64,000 nt of DNA from Macrostomum lignano (Eukaryota), in assembly GCA_002269645.1 (NCBI GenBank), contig NIVC01000230.1:1-64000 (forward strand), written 5' to 3'. Both the position numbers and the translations under genes were made by a program. Positions 42,722 through 54,600 of the stretch are shown here, in pieces (the stretch's first letter is position 1; every line of letters begins with the position of its first letter). The notes beneath the pieces are model-generated. The model had not been told where the DNA came from and did no database searches. It saw only the letters and a list, made by a program, of their open reading frames with translations.

Positions 42722-44513
42722 ACCCACTGGGAAATATCACATTGTAACAACGTTGTTTTTCTGTGTTGTTTCAAAGGTTACTAAGTTTCTGGTTCAACAA
42801 TGTCGTTGCAACCTAAGATTTCAGTATGAATTCAACGTCGTAAGCAGATTGTATTGACATCGTTTTGCATATTATTTCATACTATATGTAGTATGCTACT
42901 GTCTTTATACTGTAGATATCATCCACTATAATGTTAAATTGAATGTTAACAACAAACCAACTATTATGATCCATTTAAATAAAACAACCATTTGTAACAA
43001 ACAGGTTTTCAGGGTGTAACCAACCAGACGATAACTGCTTTAATTAATTTTATATTGCTTATAATTGCACAAACATAAAAGTCAAAATGCAACATGAAAA
43101 AGTCAAGTTAACATTGGCCACACAAAATGGAATAACAAAAAATACACTGAGCAATAACAAGAGCATATTTTATGACACAAAACTACAAAACACAAACATT
43201 TAGACGCAGAAGTCACAAGAAATTAGGAAGGAAATAGACAGAAAGTTTGTACACAAAAACGTGCTGTCAATCAACAGCTCTTAGACACTTGCACAATTTG
43301 ATGACAGAATCTGCCAAGTCTGGTGTAGCATTTAAACAAGTAAAATTAGTGTAGCATTAAAAAAAATTAAAGTTGGTGTAGCACTTAAACTAACAAAATT
43401 GGTGCAGCATTAAACAATATCATTCACAAATCAAGCAGCAACTAAATGAATCCGCCATAAATATAGGGACACATCAGGAATTAACAGTAGTGGAAAAAGG
43501 CAAAGTTAGTTGCAAAACGGGATAATTACAAACTCACTGCTACCAAACTCACTGCTACTTGCGCTTCGGCCGAACATTCCAAACATACCAGGATGAAAGT
43601 TAGTAAATACCAATTTGAATTTCAAGTGACCTGTATGGAGAAATATAGAGATCTTGGAAAAACTGAAAAACCTGACGCGTAAACTGCATTAGTAGATGAA
43701 ACATACGTAATTCTTATTATTTGGCTGTGACCCAGAATGCAACAGTTGTCCGGGATTGAAGCAGAAAAAAAATTGTTGCTCAGCTGAAACACGGGAAAAA
43801 ACATCCCAAATAACTGACATCGTATTGACTGCATGTTCAAAAACTTTCCGCGTGGAATGAATGCGCCGCTTCAAAATTGAATTATAATTCTCAAATGGGA
43901 ACGATGACCACTCATCCATTGGCCCATAAAGCCGGACAAAAAATGCAAGGTGCTGCAGGAGATGCGTGTTGTATGATTGTAGCTTAAAGTCATACAATGC
44001 CTCAGCTTGCTGAAAAAAACAATCTAAACATGGCAGAGGCCGGGGCAAAATGGATATCATGGTACTCTTTTGATACAAAGCAGTAGGTTGCAAAGTTCAA
44101 GAGCATCAAGTGATCAAAGAAATCGGTAGGAAGAAAATGCTTAAAAACAACAGGTGCGAGATAAATGAACAAAGCTAAGAAATTCGGCCGCCTTGTAATT
44201 TTCACGCAGATCTCGAAGCTTGTGATAGAATTTGCGAGGAAGACACTTGGCGACTGTGCCAATAAGCTTTAAAAATTGTTCCCACTGAGCTAAAGATAGT
44301 TGGCAACGCAAACGAACCCCTTTAACGTGAGAAAAAATGTACGTGCACATGCGCTTGAATATACCAAGCAAAATTGAGTGCATATACTCGGGTGGAACAT
44401 CGCGTACAAAATCAATAAAGTGGAGACATTAATGTTTGGTTTCTCCTGGAAGGCTATGTATGCACGATTAGTATGGGCTTCACACTGCTGATACAGAAAG
44501 CACATTCTTCCAG
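42722..44513 (-). mobile_element. second decayed CACTA/EnSpm-type element: transposase C-terminal half and probable terminus, cut by the gap
   Basis: Across three frames: PEYMHSILLG, PRKFYHKLR..YKAAEFL, YLAPVVFK..HLMLLNFA, SYNTHLLQHL, SSFPFENYN. Candidate terminus CCCACTGGG at 42722 followed by ACAACGTTG-like subterminal repeats (low confidence). Confidence 0.8.
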
Positions 44514-44768
44514 NNNNNNNNNNNNNNNNNNNNNNNNNNNNNNNNNNNNNNNNNNNNNNNNNNNNNNNNNNNNNNNNNNNNNNNNNNNNNNNNNNNNNNN
44601 NNNNNNNNNNNNNNNNNNNNNNNNNNNNNNNNNNNNNNNNNNNNNNNNNNNNNNNNNNNNNNNNNNNNNNNNNNNNNNNNNNNNNNNNNNNNNNNNNNNN
44701 NNNNNNNNNNNNNNNNNNNNNNNNNNNNNNNNNNNNNNNNNNNNNNNNNNNNNNNNNNNNNNNNNNNN
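44514..44768. other. assembly gap (255 N)
   Basis: Run of N. Confidence 1.
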
Positions 44769-44804
44769 ACCCGTATAATATATTTATCATATAACAATAT
44801 AAAG

Positions 44805-45473
44805 GAAGCCGCACCATCCTGAGCACGATTCGGGACTGGCCGCCGTTCCACTCGACAAAGTGCGGAGGTCTTCATCCTGTCTGCTCCTGAGTCCGCTCTG
44901 ACTCCGAGTCCCGAGCCGACCCAGATTCGAGCTCGAACACCGTCGTCGAGCTCATCGTTCGTCGCCTCCAAGGCGTTCGGCTCGGCACCAACGACGCGGC
45001 CCTGACTGCTCGCTGGCCTGACAACTTCGAGGGCGCCTCGCCAGCCGGCCGCATCAACAGCTTCCTGATGAAGCGAACTCGCCAGTTCGTGCTGCTGCTC
45101 AGCAACGGCCTGCTCTGCTGCTCAGAGACGAGGCCGAGCTGCAGTGCGAGTTCCAAGCCTTCCTCGCTGCGAACTCGTTCAGACGCCGCCTGCTGGTAGT
45201 TCAGGTTGGACAGGTGAGACTCTCGCATCAGCTGAGTGTGCAGGTCTGAGTTTTGAGTAGCTTTGCCTCACTGCTGTGTGAGTGAGACATACAGTATCGA
45301 TCTTTATTCACTCGCAGGTGGACAGCCGGTCGAGAGCTCGCTACCGGCGCTGGCGAATCAGCGACTGGACGGGGGGAGTCCGGGCCGGCGACGAACTGGT
45401 TCGACATGAGCGCCGAGGACCGCAACGTCGAGGCACTGGGCTGTGGCTGGATGGCGTGCTGTACAAGAAGTGA
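44805..45473 (+). CDS. last two exons (44805-45213, 45318-45473) of a paralog of the double-TIR Toll-like receptor; several 1-bp deletions
   Basis: Near-identical to 56320-56704 and 56941-57100, with the same donor (GGACAG|GTGAGA) and acceptor (TCACTCGCAG|GTGGAC). Ends GVLYKK*. Confidence 0.85.
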
Positions 45474-46408
45474 CTCCTGAGCATGAAACTTTGATGAAGC
45501 GCACGAAAAAATTGATAGACAGTAAGAATGTTATCCAGTTCGACATGTAGAATTTAAATATTGAAAAATTAAAAGTGCAATAAATTGCAACCGAACATCA
45601 CTTTTTCATCGTAAAGATCCACCTTAAAAATATACAACATGTGAATTCGAGTGGTTGCTTCACGTCGACTAAGAGCCACTGGCCGGAAAAGAAGAAAGTG
45701 CTGGGGACTTCCTGCTGAACACAGGCAAAGAGCCGCAAGGCCGCTATCACCCTGGAAGGAAACCGTTAGCCATCAGATTACTCCTTGGTCAAGCGTCCAT
45801 CAGCACTGACCTACTGTACACTGGGACCTTATTGTGTTAGTTATAGGCAGGGGCTGTGTGTACCCTGACGCACTTTAAGCGACATTGTCACACAACCGGC
45901 GAGAGTCATTACTGCCCATTTCGCCGATTCCCCTGAGCAGGCATACAAGCTCGCGGATGCGCACGCAGTCATACGCACAGGCACACACTCACACAGGAGT
46001 GCACAGCAGCCCTAACTTCATTTATTGTTAGGCATGTACACTTCACTATGCCTTGTGAGTTGGCCCTCAATGACGTTAATTACACGAGCAGAGCCAAGCC
46101 GAAATTCCAATTTAGCTCCAAAAATGTGACTGCACTTGTGAATCGAGACTGGGCTGCTGGCACTGCCAGGACCTCAGCGCCAATGAAGCTGCTCAGCAAG
46201 TCCTCCCGCCATCACGCCAATCACGGAACAATATTGAAGATTGCATAGACAATGTAAGACAATGCTATCATCCTGAATTTGCAAGGGGTCTTGGATGCAA
46301 CAGTCCGGCCGTTAAATGTGTTAAATTGGGTTCCAATTAAAAGGAGCAATGAACTGACCTACCAACTAGTGTCTCTTTGTTGTCAATATCGAAGTAATAG
46401 CCTATTAA

Positions 46409-47411
46409 AAGGACAATGATGCAACTGGGGATCGCACGTCCTTCTTTACTAACTCATTCAAGCAATCCCCAGACTAACCTTCAAGCAATCCCAGACTAAC
46501 CTTCAAGCGATCCACAGACTAGCCTTCAAGCGATCCACAGACTAACCTTCAAGCGATCCCCAGACTAACCTTCAAGCGAGCCCCAGACTAACTTTCAACC
46601 AATCCACAGACTATCAAGCGATCCCCAGACTAACCTTCAAGCAATCCCCAGACTAACCTTCAAGCGAGCCCCAGCCTAACCTTCAACCAATCCACAGACT
46701 AGCCTTCAAGCGATCCCCAGACTAACCTTCAAGCAATCCCCAGACTAACCTTCAAGCAATCCCCAGACTAACCTTCAAGCAATCCCCAGACTAACCTTCA
46801 AGCAATCCCCAGACTAACATTCAAGCGAGCCCCAGACTAACCTTCAAGCGATCCCCAGACTAACCTTCAAGCAATCCCCAGAATAACCTTCAAGCAATCC
46901 CCAGACTAACCTTCAAGCAATCCCAGACTAACCTTCAAGCAATCCCAGAATAACCTTCAAGCAATCCCCAGACTAACCTTCAAGCAATCCCAGACTAACC
47001 TTCAAGCGATCCCCAGACTAACCTTCAAGTGATCCCCAGACTAGCCTTCAAGTGATCCCTACACTAACTAACCTTCAAGCGATCCACAGACTAACCTTCA
47101 AGCGAATCGGAGTTGATTAAACGCTCATAAGAGCAAAGCGTGACTATGTCAGGGGCAGATGAAAGCTGGTACATGTAGCTCGTAGATGCAGCTATATCAA
47201 GTATCACAAAGTCAAAGGTTAGTGTTGGCGCCAGCGTTCTTGATAGCTATAGCTTTTAAACTTCGTTTTACAACCTAAATCTGACAAATCTGACAATAAA
47301 TTAATCGGTGGTAATTACGACATATGAAATTTTAAATATTTTAAAGTCTGGGATTGCTTGAATGAGTTAGTGAAGGAAGGACGTGCGATCCCCAGTTGCA
47401 TCATTGTCCCT
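46409..47411. mobile_element. Kolobok-like non-autonomous element with TTAA flanks and an internal 23-bp array
   Basis: About 68-bp TIRs (A(A/G)GGACAATGATGCAACTGGGGATCGCACGTCC...). TTAA at 46405-46408 and 47412-47415. About 28 copies of AACCTTCAAGCAATCCCCAGACT at 46455-47105. Confidence 0.75.
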
Positions 47412-49639
47412 TTAATCGGCTTTAAACCAACTGTTTTTACGATTGCACGATGCAAACTTTGTTTTAGATTGTTTTCGCTATCAACCCGTTTGTATTGCTA
47501 AAGTCTATGCATTTGCCAGCAAGGATAGAGCCTGTGTCAGTTCGGAATTTCAACCTTTGCCAACCGGTTTGTTGTCAGCCTTCTCTCATGACACAAAAAA
47601 CTGCAGAAATTTTTCTCTCTTCGACTGGATACTATCCGAAAAATAGTTGCATACTAGATGACAAAAATAGTTTAGAAGAAAGCATCTATGCTTCCTAACC
47701 CTCGTTTTGCAGTATGTTAATAAAAAAAGTGTTCTGAAAACGCCACTAGCTGTACGATATTATGAAGCAGAATGTATGCGCACGAGCTGTGCAGACACAA
47801 GAAACGGCTGAAAGTTCCTTTTTTGTTTTTTATTTAAATCTACCCTGTCTGCAGGGTACTGGCAGACTGGCCAGTACCCTAGGAAGGAAACTGGCAGGGG
47901 GTATACTCGTATTATACTGCAATTGTCTCTTAGACTGCACTGTCTATATATAATTTTCAACCATTATAGAACTAGCATAATAAGAATATGTAATTACATG
48001 TACTTGTATTCGGATTGGCTCTTCTCCAACTGCTGCATGAACTCGATATGCATGTAAAATCTGAGATGGAGTTTAAATCTGACCTGCTAAATTCAAGCCT
48101 GATATTGTAATGGACATTATGTATCCTGTGCGACAACATTATCACAATATAAGTTAATTTAGTGCTTCAATTATGCTAGCACGACTCAGCGGGTATGATG
48201 TTGCCCCAGGCGTCAGGTCACTTGCGCGGTGATAAGCATGCAGCCCATAATCAAACGAAGCTTGCTTTCTGGTTCACAAGGACAGGTAGTGCTGCTGGAA
48301 GAAGACTTCAGCCTCATCAGGCATTGTGGTGAAGGGCGTTGTCCGCGCAGAATAGGGAATCTAGCTACTGCTTCAGATACTCTAACGGCCTCGTTGCTCC
48401 CTGGATGTGTGCAAATGTATTTAGTACATGTTGAAGGCCCAAGTTCTCTCTGTGAAGTGTCTGCATTGTTCTCCGTTGATGAACATTGCAGCTTGAGATC
48501 CAGGCTCTATGTACGAGTTGGACATAGCCAACAAGAAGATTCAAGTCCATTTAGACTTAACTTGTACATGTACGTCATTCTCGCGTGACACCACGGCATG
48601 GTTGTACATATTTTTCATCAAGTTGTACCTCGTTAGGATTTCGTCAGATGTCGCAGACTCAGTGGAGTGGTTCGATGGCTTAATTCTGTAGATGCTATTA
48701 CGGTCGTACTCTTGATTCCAAAAGTAAGTAGACCACGATTTATCGTTCAATATCTGTAATGTTTATTAGCTAAATACAGCTTTTCATAGTCTTCTATTGG
48801 CTATCGAATGTACAATAGATCTGCATCTGCGCCAGAAATATTTAATGACGCTAGCTACAAACTGTTCGATTGTTGACCTGCCCGAGACCTACTGAGCTGT
48901 TTTTGCCATCGCTCAGGCTGCAGCTATTTTTGCGTAGAACGCTTGTTTTTTCAGGAAATTGTCTACGGAGCAGTAGGAGCAGTAATTGTGCGTACATATT
49001 CGAGCAGGGTTTTTTTAAGACGAGCCTGTCCTCCGCAGGCACGCAATGACTGTACAGTTCCGTGCATGCACAAGAGAGATTAATAGCTAGTGTCTGTCGT
49101 GATGTGCTCAGGTGTGCTCAGGTTTATTATATAGGCTCTCCAACGCATTGCTACGCATACTTAATGATAAATAATATGCAGGAAAGCGAAAAATAAATTC
49201 TGCAATAAGTGTCTGCTATACGAGTAATTAACTTTTTCCAGGTAAGTACGAGTATTTTGTCTGAAACGTTTGGATAGATAAGCGAACAGAAAAATATTTA
49301 ATCTTGAAACATGCCTCGTTTAGTGTTTTCCTTAGCATGATGCAGCTATGCAAATTGTCAAGTCAAGAATCTTCCCGCTTGGTCATTACTTATTATCCAT
49401 ATGCTGACGGCTTTTGATGGTTAGTGAAACGGTTTTTACAAGCTCAAAATTTGAAATCGTCGAAAAAGTGTTGCTAAGCTAGCTCCAAGATTCGAGACTT
49501 CGATGTTGTTTCTTCGATTTGATGTTTCGATGTTGTCAAAAATTTTGTCTGGAATGATGTGAAATTCATGTCTACCCGACAATTGACTGCCACAGATTGA
49601 CTGCCAACCCTAACTTAAAAGCAAGCCAAAATTGGCACT

Positions 49640-49838
49640 GGCAGCCAAATGTCACTGACAGTCAAATGTCACTGACAGTCAAATGTCACTGACAGTCAAA
49701 TGTCACTGACAGTCAAATGTCACTGACAGTCAAATGTCACTGACAGTCAAATGTCACTGACAGTCAAATGTCACTGACAGTCAAATGTCACTGACAGTCA
49801 AATGTCACTGACAGTCAAATGTCACTGACAGTCAAATG
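49640..49838. repeat. 17-bp minisatellite, about 11.5 copies (AAATGTCACTGACAGTC)
   Basis: Each unit contains the palindrome TGTCA-C-TGACA. Confidence 0.97.
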
Positions 49839-49998
49839 ACGATGTTCCGTGAAATTTCGAGCTTGTGAAAGATTTCAAATTCTTGTGATTCCGAAACTTG
49901 TGTGGAGGGCAAAACATCGAGATAACTTTACTTTATGCGACTTAAGCTTGAATGAAAACATTTAATAAAAATGAAACATATAATTTTAATACTGTTAA

Positions 49999-51551
49999 CA
50001 AGGACCACTGTAGTAGAAGGACTCGGCACTCACGAACCATGGAAAAAGTTTTGAAGGCTGATTTTTAAAGTTTGATGCTGTCTCTTCAGAAACAGATATT
50101 AAGATGATGAGTTTGCATCCCTACTGCTCATTTGTCTGCCTGTTGCTTTCTTCTGTGATGCATTTGGAGTTCGCAGTAGGCGATTAACTATTTCCAGGTG
50201 AATATTAGAGCAGCAGGTACTTAGCCCCTATAACACAGTATCCATATCTGTACATACTGCCTGTACAGATGTTACAGACATACGCGTGGTAAATTTTGAA
50301 AAATCATTAAGGTTTATAAGCAAATTTTAAAACAATTATGGCATTGTACGAGATAGATGTCTCGTAGTTGAAAAGTCTTACGTTTAATTAGTCTGTGGTA
50401 CTGGGTAGCCATTTATTGGAAATAGCTAAGTGTACTAGAAAAAATTGACAGTAAAATGCATGAAAATGAGCAAAGCAGAAATAAAAGGCAAAATGTGAGA
50501 TCAGTAGAAACTTGGTATCAAAAATGCGACATTCTGGAAAACAAACATAAATTGACTGAACTCTGAAACAATGCAGAAAAGGTAACTGTAAGGCTATTTA
50601 TAACTAATACGGTAACACAATAATCATCTTTCTAAATCTGACTAAATTGCTAAATTAGGAATTGCACACCAACAAATAGATTGTGGCTGTACTGACACGG
50701 TGTGGAATTTCATTTTACTGGTGCGGAAGCCAGTGAGGAGGGGAGTGAGGGGATGGTGGGAAGGAAGGTTGAGAGTAGTAGTGTAGAGTGAGGGGATAGT
50801 TAGGAGGGGAAATGTTACCTGACTGCGCGCGTGCAACTATGTTGATGAAATGAAAACAGGTCGAACGGACCAAACTAATAAATAAATAATAATAAATGGA
50901 TTAAGAGCTGAGCTTAGCATCAAACTCAAATTCCTTCAATCTGTAGTGCATAGATATAGTCTACAGATACAGCAAATTTAAGTACTTAAGTACTTATTAA
51001 AATTTTCACAGAATATTATAATGAGTTGTAAATATTTCCTATCACTACATATAGGCCCTAGTTGTGTTGAACTGCAATTGTTTAGGCTAGGCTATGTTTA
51101 GTTGAGAGAACTAGGACTACAATCATTACAATCAACACAACTTATTAAACCATTAATTTCCAATAAGCAATAAACTGAAGAGATACAAGTTATTTATAAA
51201 GCAAAATTGCATTATACTTAGTGATCTAGGTCAATTAATAGAGTATTCTAAGCTAACATCTGGCTGATTATAGTTCTGGTTTCATTCTGACAAATCAAAA
51301 CATTAGTTTTGTTGGTACTAAGCAATTAACATTCAATACACGATTATTACAATGCTGTGAAATATAATTAAACCCTCAAAACGCATACAAAGTTTGAATA
51401 TGGCTACATATTATTGGCTTAGTGAAGAAAGCGAGTAGCAGAGAATTAAAAAATATGGTCGCACAAACAGACACAAAGCGTACGGAAAATCAGCCTTCAA
51501 TTTTTTTCCGTGGTTCGTGAGTGCCGAGTCCTTCTACTACAGTGGTCCTTG
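49999..51551. mobile_element. 1.55-kb non-autonomous TIR element with CAAGG termini (P- or hAT-like)
   Basis: 41-bp perfect inverted repeat CAAGGACCACTGTAGTAGAAGGACTCGGCACTCACGAACCA, imperfect to about 70 bp. No TSD seen; no internal ORF. Confidence 0.8.
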
Positions 51552-51626
51552 ATCAAAAACACACAAAAAATGACTGTTAACTTCTCCTTCGATTTACAAT
51601 ACCTTGTCATAGTACACAGCCAAGCG

Positions 51627-54600
51627 ATGCAAGCACCGACAGAAAGTCTCATACTGCTACTGGCGTGCACTCTGACGGCGCTCCTGCCGGCTGCTGCAGC
51701 TGCTCAGCCTCAGTTGGATGACGATCTGAACAAATACATTCTACTGCCGAAAAACTTCAGTCTAACGCACGAGTGCTGCTGCGAGAACATGATGAACTCG
51801 CCCAGGTTTGACTACTTCTGCCAGGTGTCTGAAAAACCCTACCCGAATGCCAGCTGCATGACTGGTCTGGTAGACTGCTCCGATCTGCCGGGCAGAATCG
51901 TGTACAGCTTGACGATAAACTGTACATCTTACCCATCTGTGACTGTCAATCTGCGAGCTCTCACCGTGGCTCACAACTCAAGCAGCATCGAGAACAAATC
52001 AGCTATCCGCCACAGCTGGTACATCTAGTGAACTGCAACGTAAACGGTTTCGAAGTTGGAATCCTTGAGCTGCCAGCTGAAAATGTCTCCCTCGATTACG
52101 GCATGGAAGTTGCACCGTTTGGAAGTCCGGATAGGCCGGGCGTTGGCGGTTACTACACTGTTAACGTCACTTATCCGCGTGAATTCCGCCAGGCTGACTG
52201 TTGGATGGTGGAATTGAACATTGAAAATGCAAGCACTCTTTGGTATCTGCCGTCCTACCTGTGTCACAAGTGCAACTCGCTCAAGAACATCTTCATATCT
52301 AATTCGTCAATCGAATGGATCTCGATTCGCGATGTTCTCTCTTTGCATAACGTACGAAGTTTTTCTCTGACCCACAGCCGCCTAAAGTACTTTGCAAGCG
52401 ACGCTCTGAGCACAGCTATCAATCTATTAGATAGATACCTGGAAGCTGGAGTGCAAACCGGCTGCATCAATGACACTGAAGCCGCGATCAAAGCTCTAAA
52501 CTCAATACGCAGCCGCACAGGACGGTTGAGTAGCCCCACCCAGCTATACGACACGATGGACACCGCCAATATCGACTTCACCCTGCTATTTGGCTACAGA
52601 TTGAGAAGCGCTTTCTCGGGCAATAAAACCGAGCCCGCCTGCGACATGCCTGGCAAGATGGCCCTAACCGATCTCGATTTGTCTTTCAACGCTTTGACGG
52701 ATATACCTTTCTCAATTAGCATGTTCGATCAGCTGAACCGGGTCAATCTTAGCCACAACAGAATCCGCAGTTTGTACCACGGCTGGATGTGCTGGTATCC
52801 GCCAATTCCCGAAGACCAGAAGAACACTTCAAACCGGCACTGCTATTGGTTCAGAGCGGCTCGAGCTAGTCTGAAGGTCCTGGACTTGTCATTTAACGAA
52901 ATCAATATGATCGGAGAGATACAGCCTTGGCACCAGGTGAGCTAATTATTAATACTAAATTGTTGGTTATCATTATACAAAGCAATTGAAAGGGAGTCAT
53001 TGAAGTTTGGTTGGTTGTGGCCGTTTCAAGACCCCGCATTCGTAAAGTGTTGGAACACGATGACACTGATATCGCTCACTCTGCGATCCTATCGATATGA
53101 GTAATAGTCGAACCGGTCGATAAATTGAACCTTCGCAGTAATCAGACACCGTTTTATGGCTCAATTATCTTTTCATTTAGCTCTTAGCCGACTACGTAAA
53201 AAATTGTTACAGAATGATCAAACAGATTTTTAGAAACCCATGAGTCGGGCTGTGTCATTTTAATGGTTTTAAGCAAATACTCATTTAAGTAAAAAAGATA
53301 TAAGCAAAACAATTTTTGTCTCGAAAAAAGGAAAAAAGTGTTTTTCCCTACTTTTTTCGGTTAATTCTGCCGTCTAATATTTTCAAAGAAACGCAATTGC
53401 TTCCCCACACTTGGCTGGGCCGTGTCTGTCTACGGTTAAATGCTTTTTCATTTCCTTGGCCAGGCCAAAGAAATGATTGGCTAGGCCAAAGAAATGAGCT
53501 CTCAGCTGGAGAATTCGGCCCAGAGAAGGGAAGAAGCGGAAAGTAAAGCTCTAAACCAAACTGACTGCAATCGATAGCTTTTCGGGCCGGTGGACTAGAA
53601 ACGCCGAGACATCTTATCCAGGTTTTTGCATGGGGCTTCCAGTTGATAAAATGAGGATTTCAGGTTAACATCAGTCTCTAGAATGAAGCTTTGCTGTGGG
53701 CTCCAATCATATGCATGTTTAACTTGAAAAAAATCAGTTAGTTAAGTGTCTCAAAGAATTTTAATATGATTTTTCAGAAAAAAATGTTTTCTTAAATTCA
53801 CCTCTCGGCTTCAGGTGGCGTTGTCGTATCTCATTCTCCGCGGGAACAGAATAATGAGCGTCAACCCGGATGCGTTCGCTTACTCGCCATTAGCCACGAG
53901 CTTGCTGAATTTATATCTGGATGAAAATCTTTTGTCGTATTTTCACCTGGAATGCCTGACCCGACTGGAAGTCCTGAGTCTCGAGGGCTGTCGAATCGCG
54001 AATATCGAGCAGGAATCGCTGCCCAAGTCGAAATCGCTCAGGGAAATCAATCTCGATAGCAACAGAATTTTCGCCATCGCTCCGGGCGTTTTTGAACAGC
54101 TTGAAAAGCTTGAGTTTGTTCGGCTACATCATAACAGGCTGATGCACTTTTATGCGAACAGTTTCAAAACGCCCCCAAGATCGACCTTGGCGTCCAGAGT
54201 CATCATACACATTGCCAACCAGAGCGATATACCCATATGCGACTGCAGCCACGTATATAAGAAGATACTGCAGGATGAGGAGTTTGGAAATCCCCAAAAA
54301 AGCTACGTTTATCCGAGGATTTTGCCAGAAGATATGTCCACCGAGTGCCAGTTCTTCTCCAGATTCAGCTCAACCAGAGTGGTAAAGAAACTAAGCGAAT
54401 CAAATCAAAGTGAGTTTCTATGTGAATTCCAGGACAATCAAAAGCACAAGCTGCCCTGGAATTACTGTAACGAAAACGTCACTATTATGGGTCGAGAAAA
54501 GTGCTTTGTGAAGTGCATCTACGGCTGCCGGTGTTACCACGATGACGGATGGGATATTTCTGACCTGGACTGCACCCCGGGCAATTCCACAGTCACCACC

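Noticed and set aside
47853-47880. 10-bp stem hairpin AGGGTACTGG/CCAGTACCCT
   Set aside because: Single occurrence with no associated element boundaries.
48229-49042. Protein-like minus frame broken by stops (ILNDKSWSTYFWNQEY...)
   Set aside because: Possibly a decayed coding relic, but I recognise no family.
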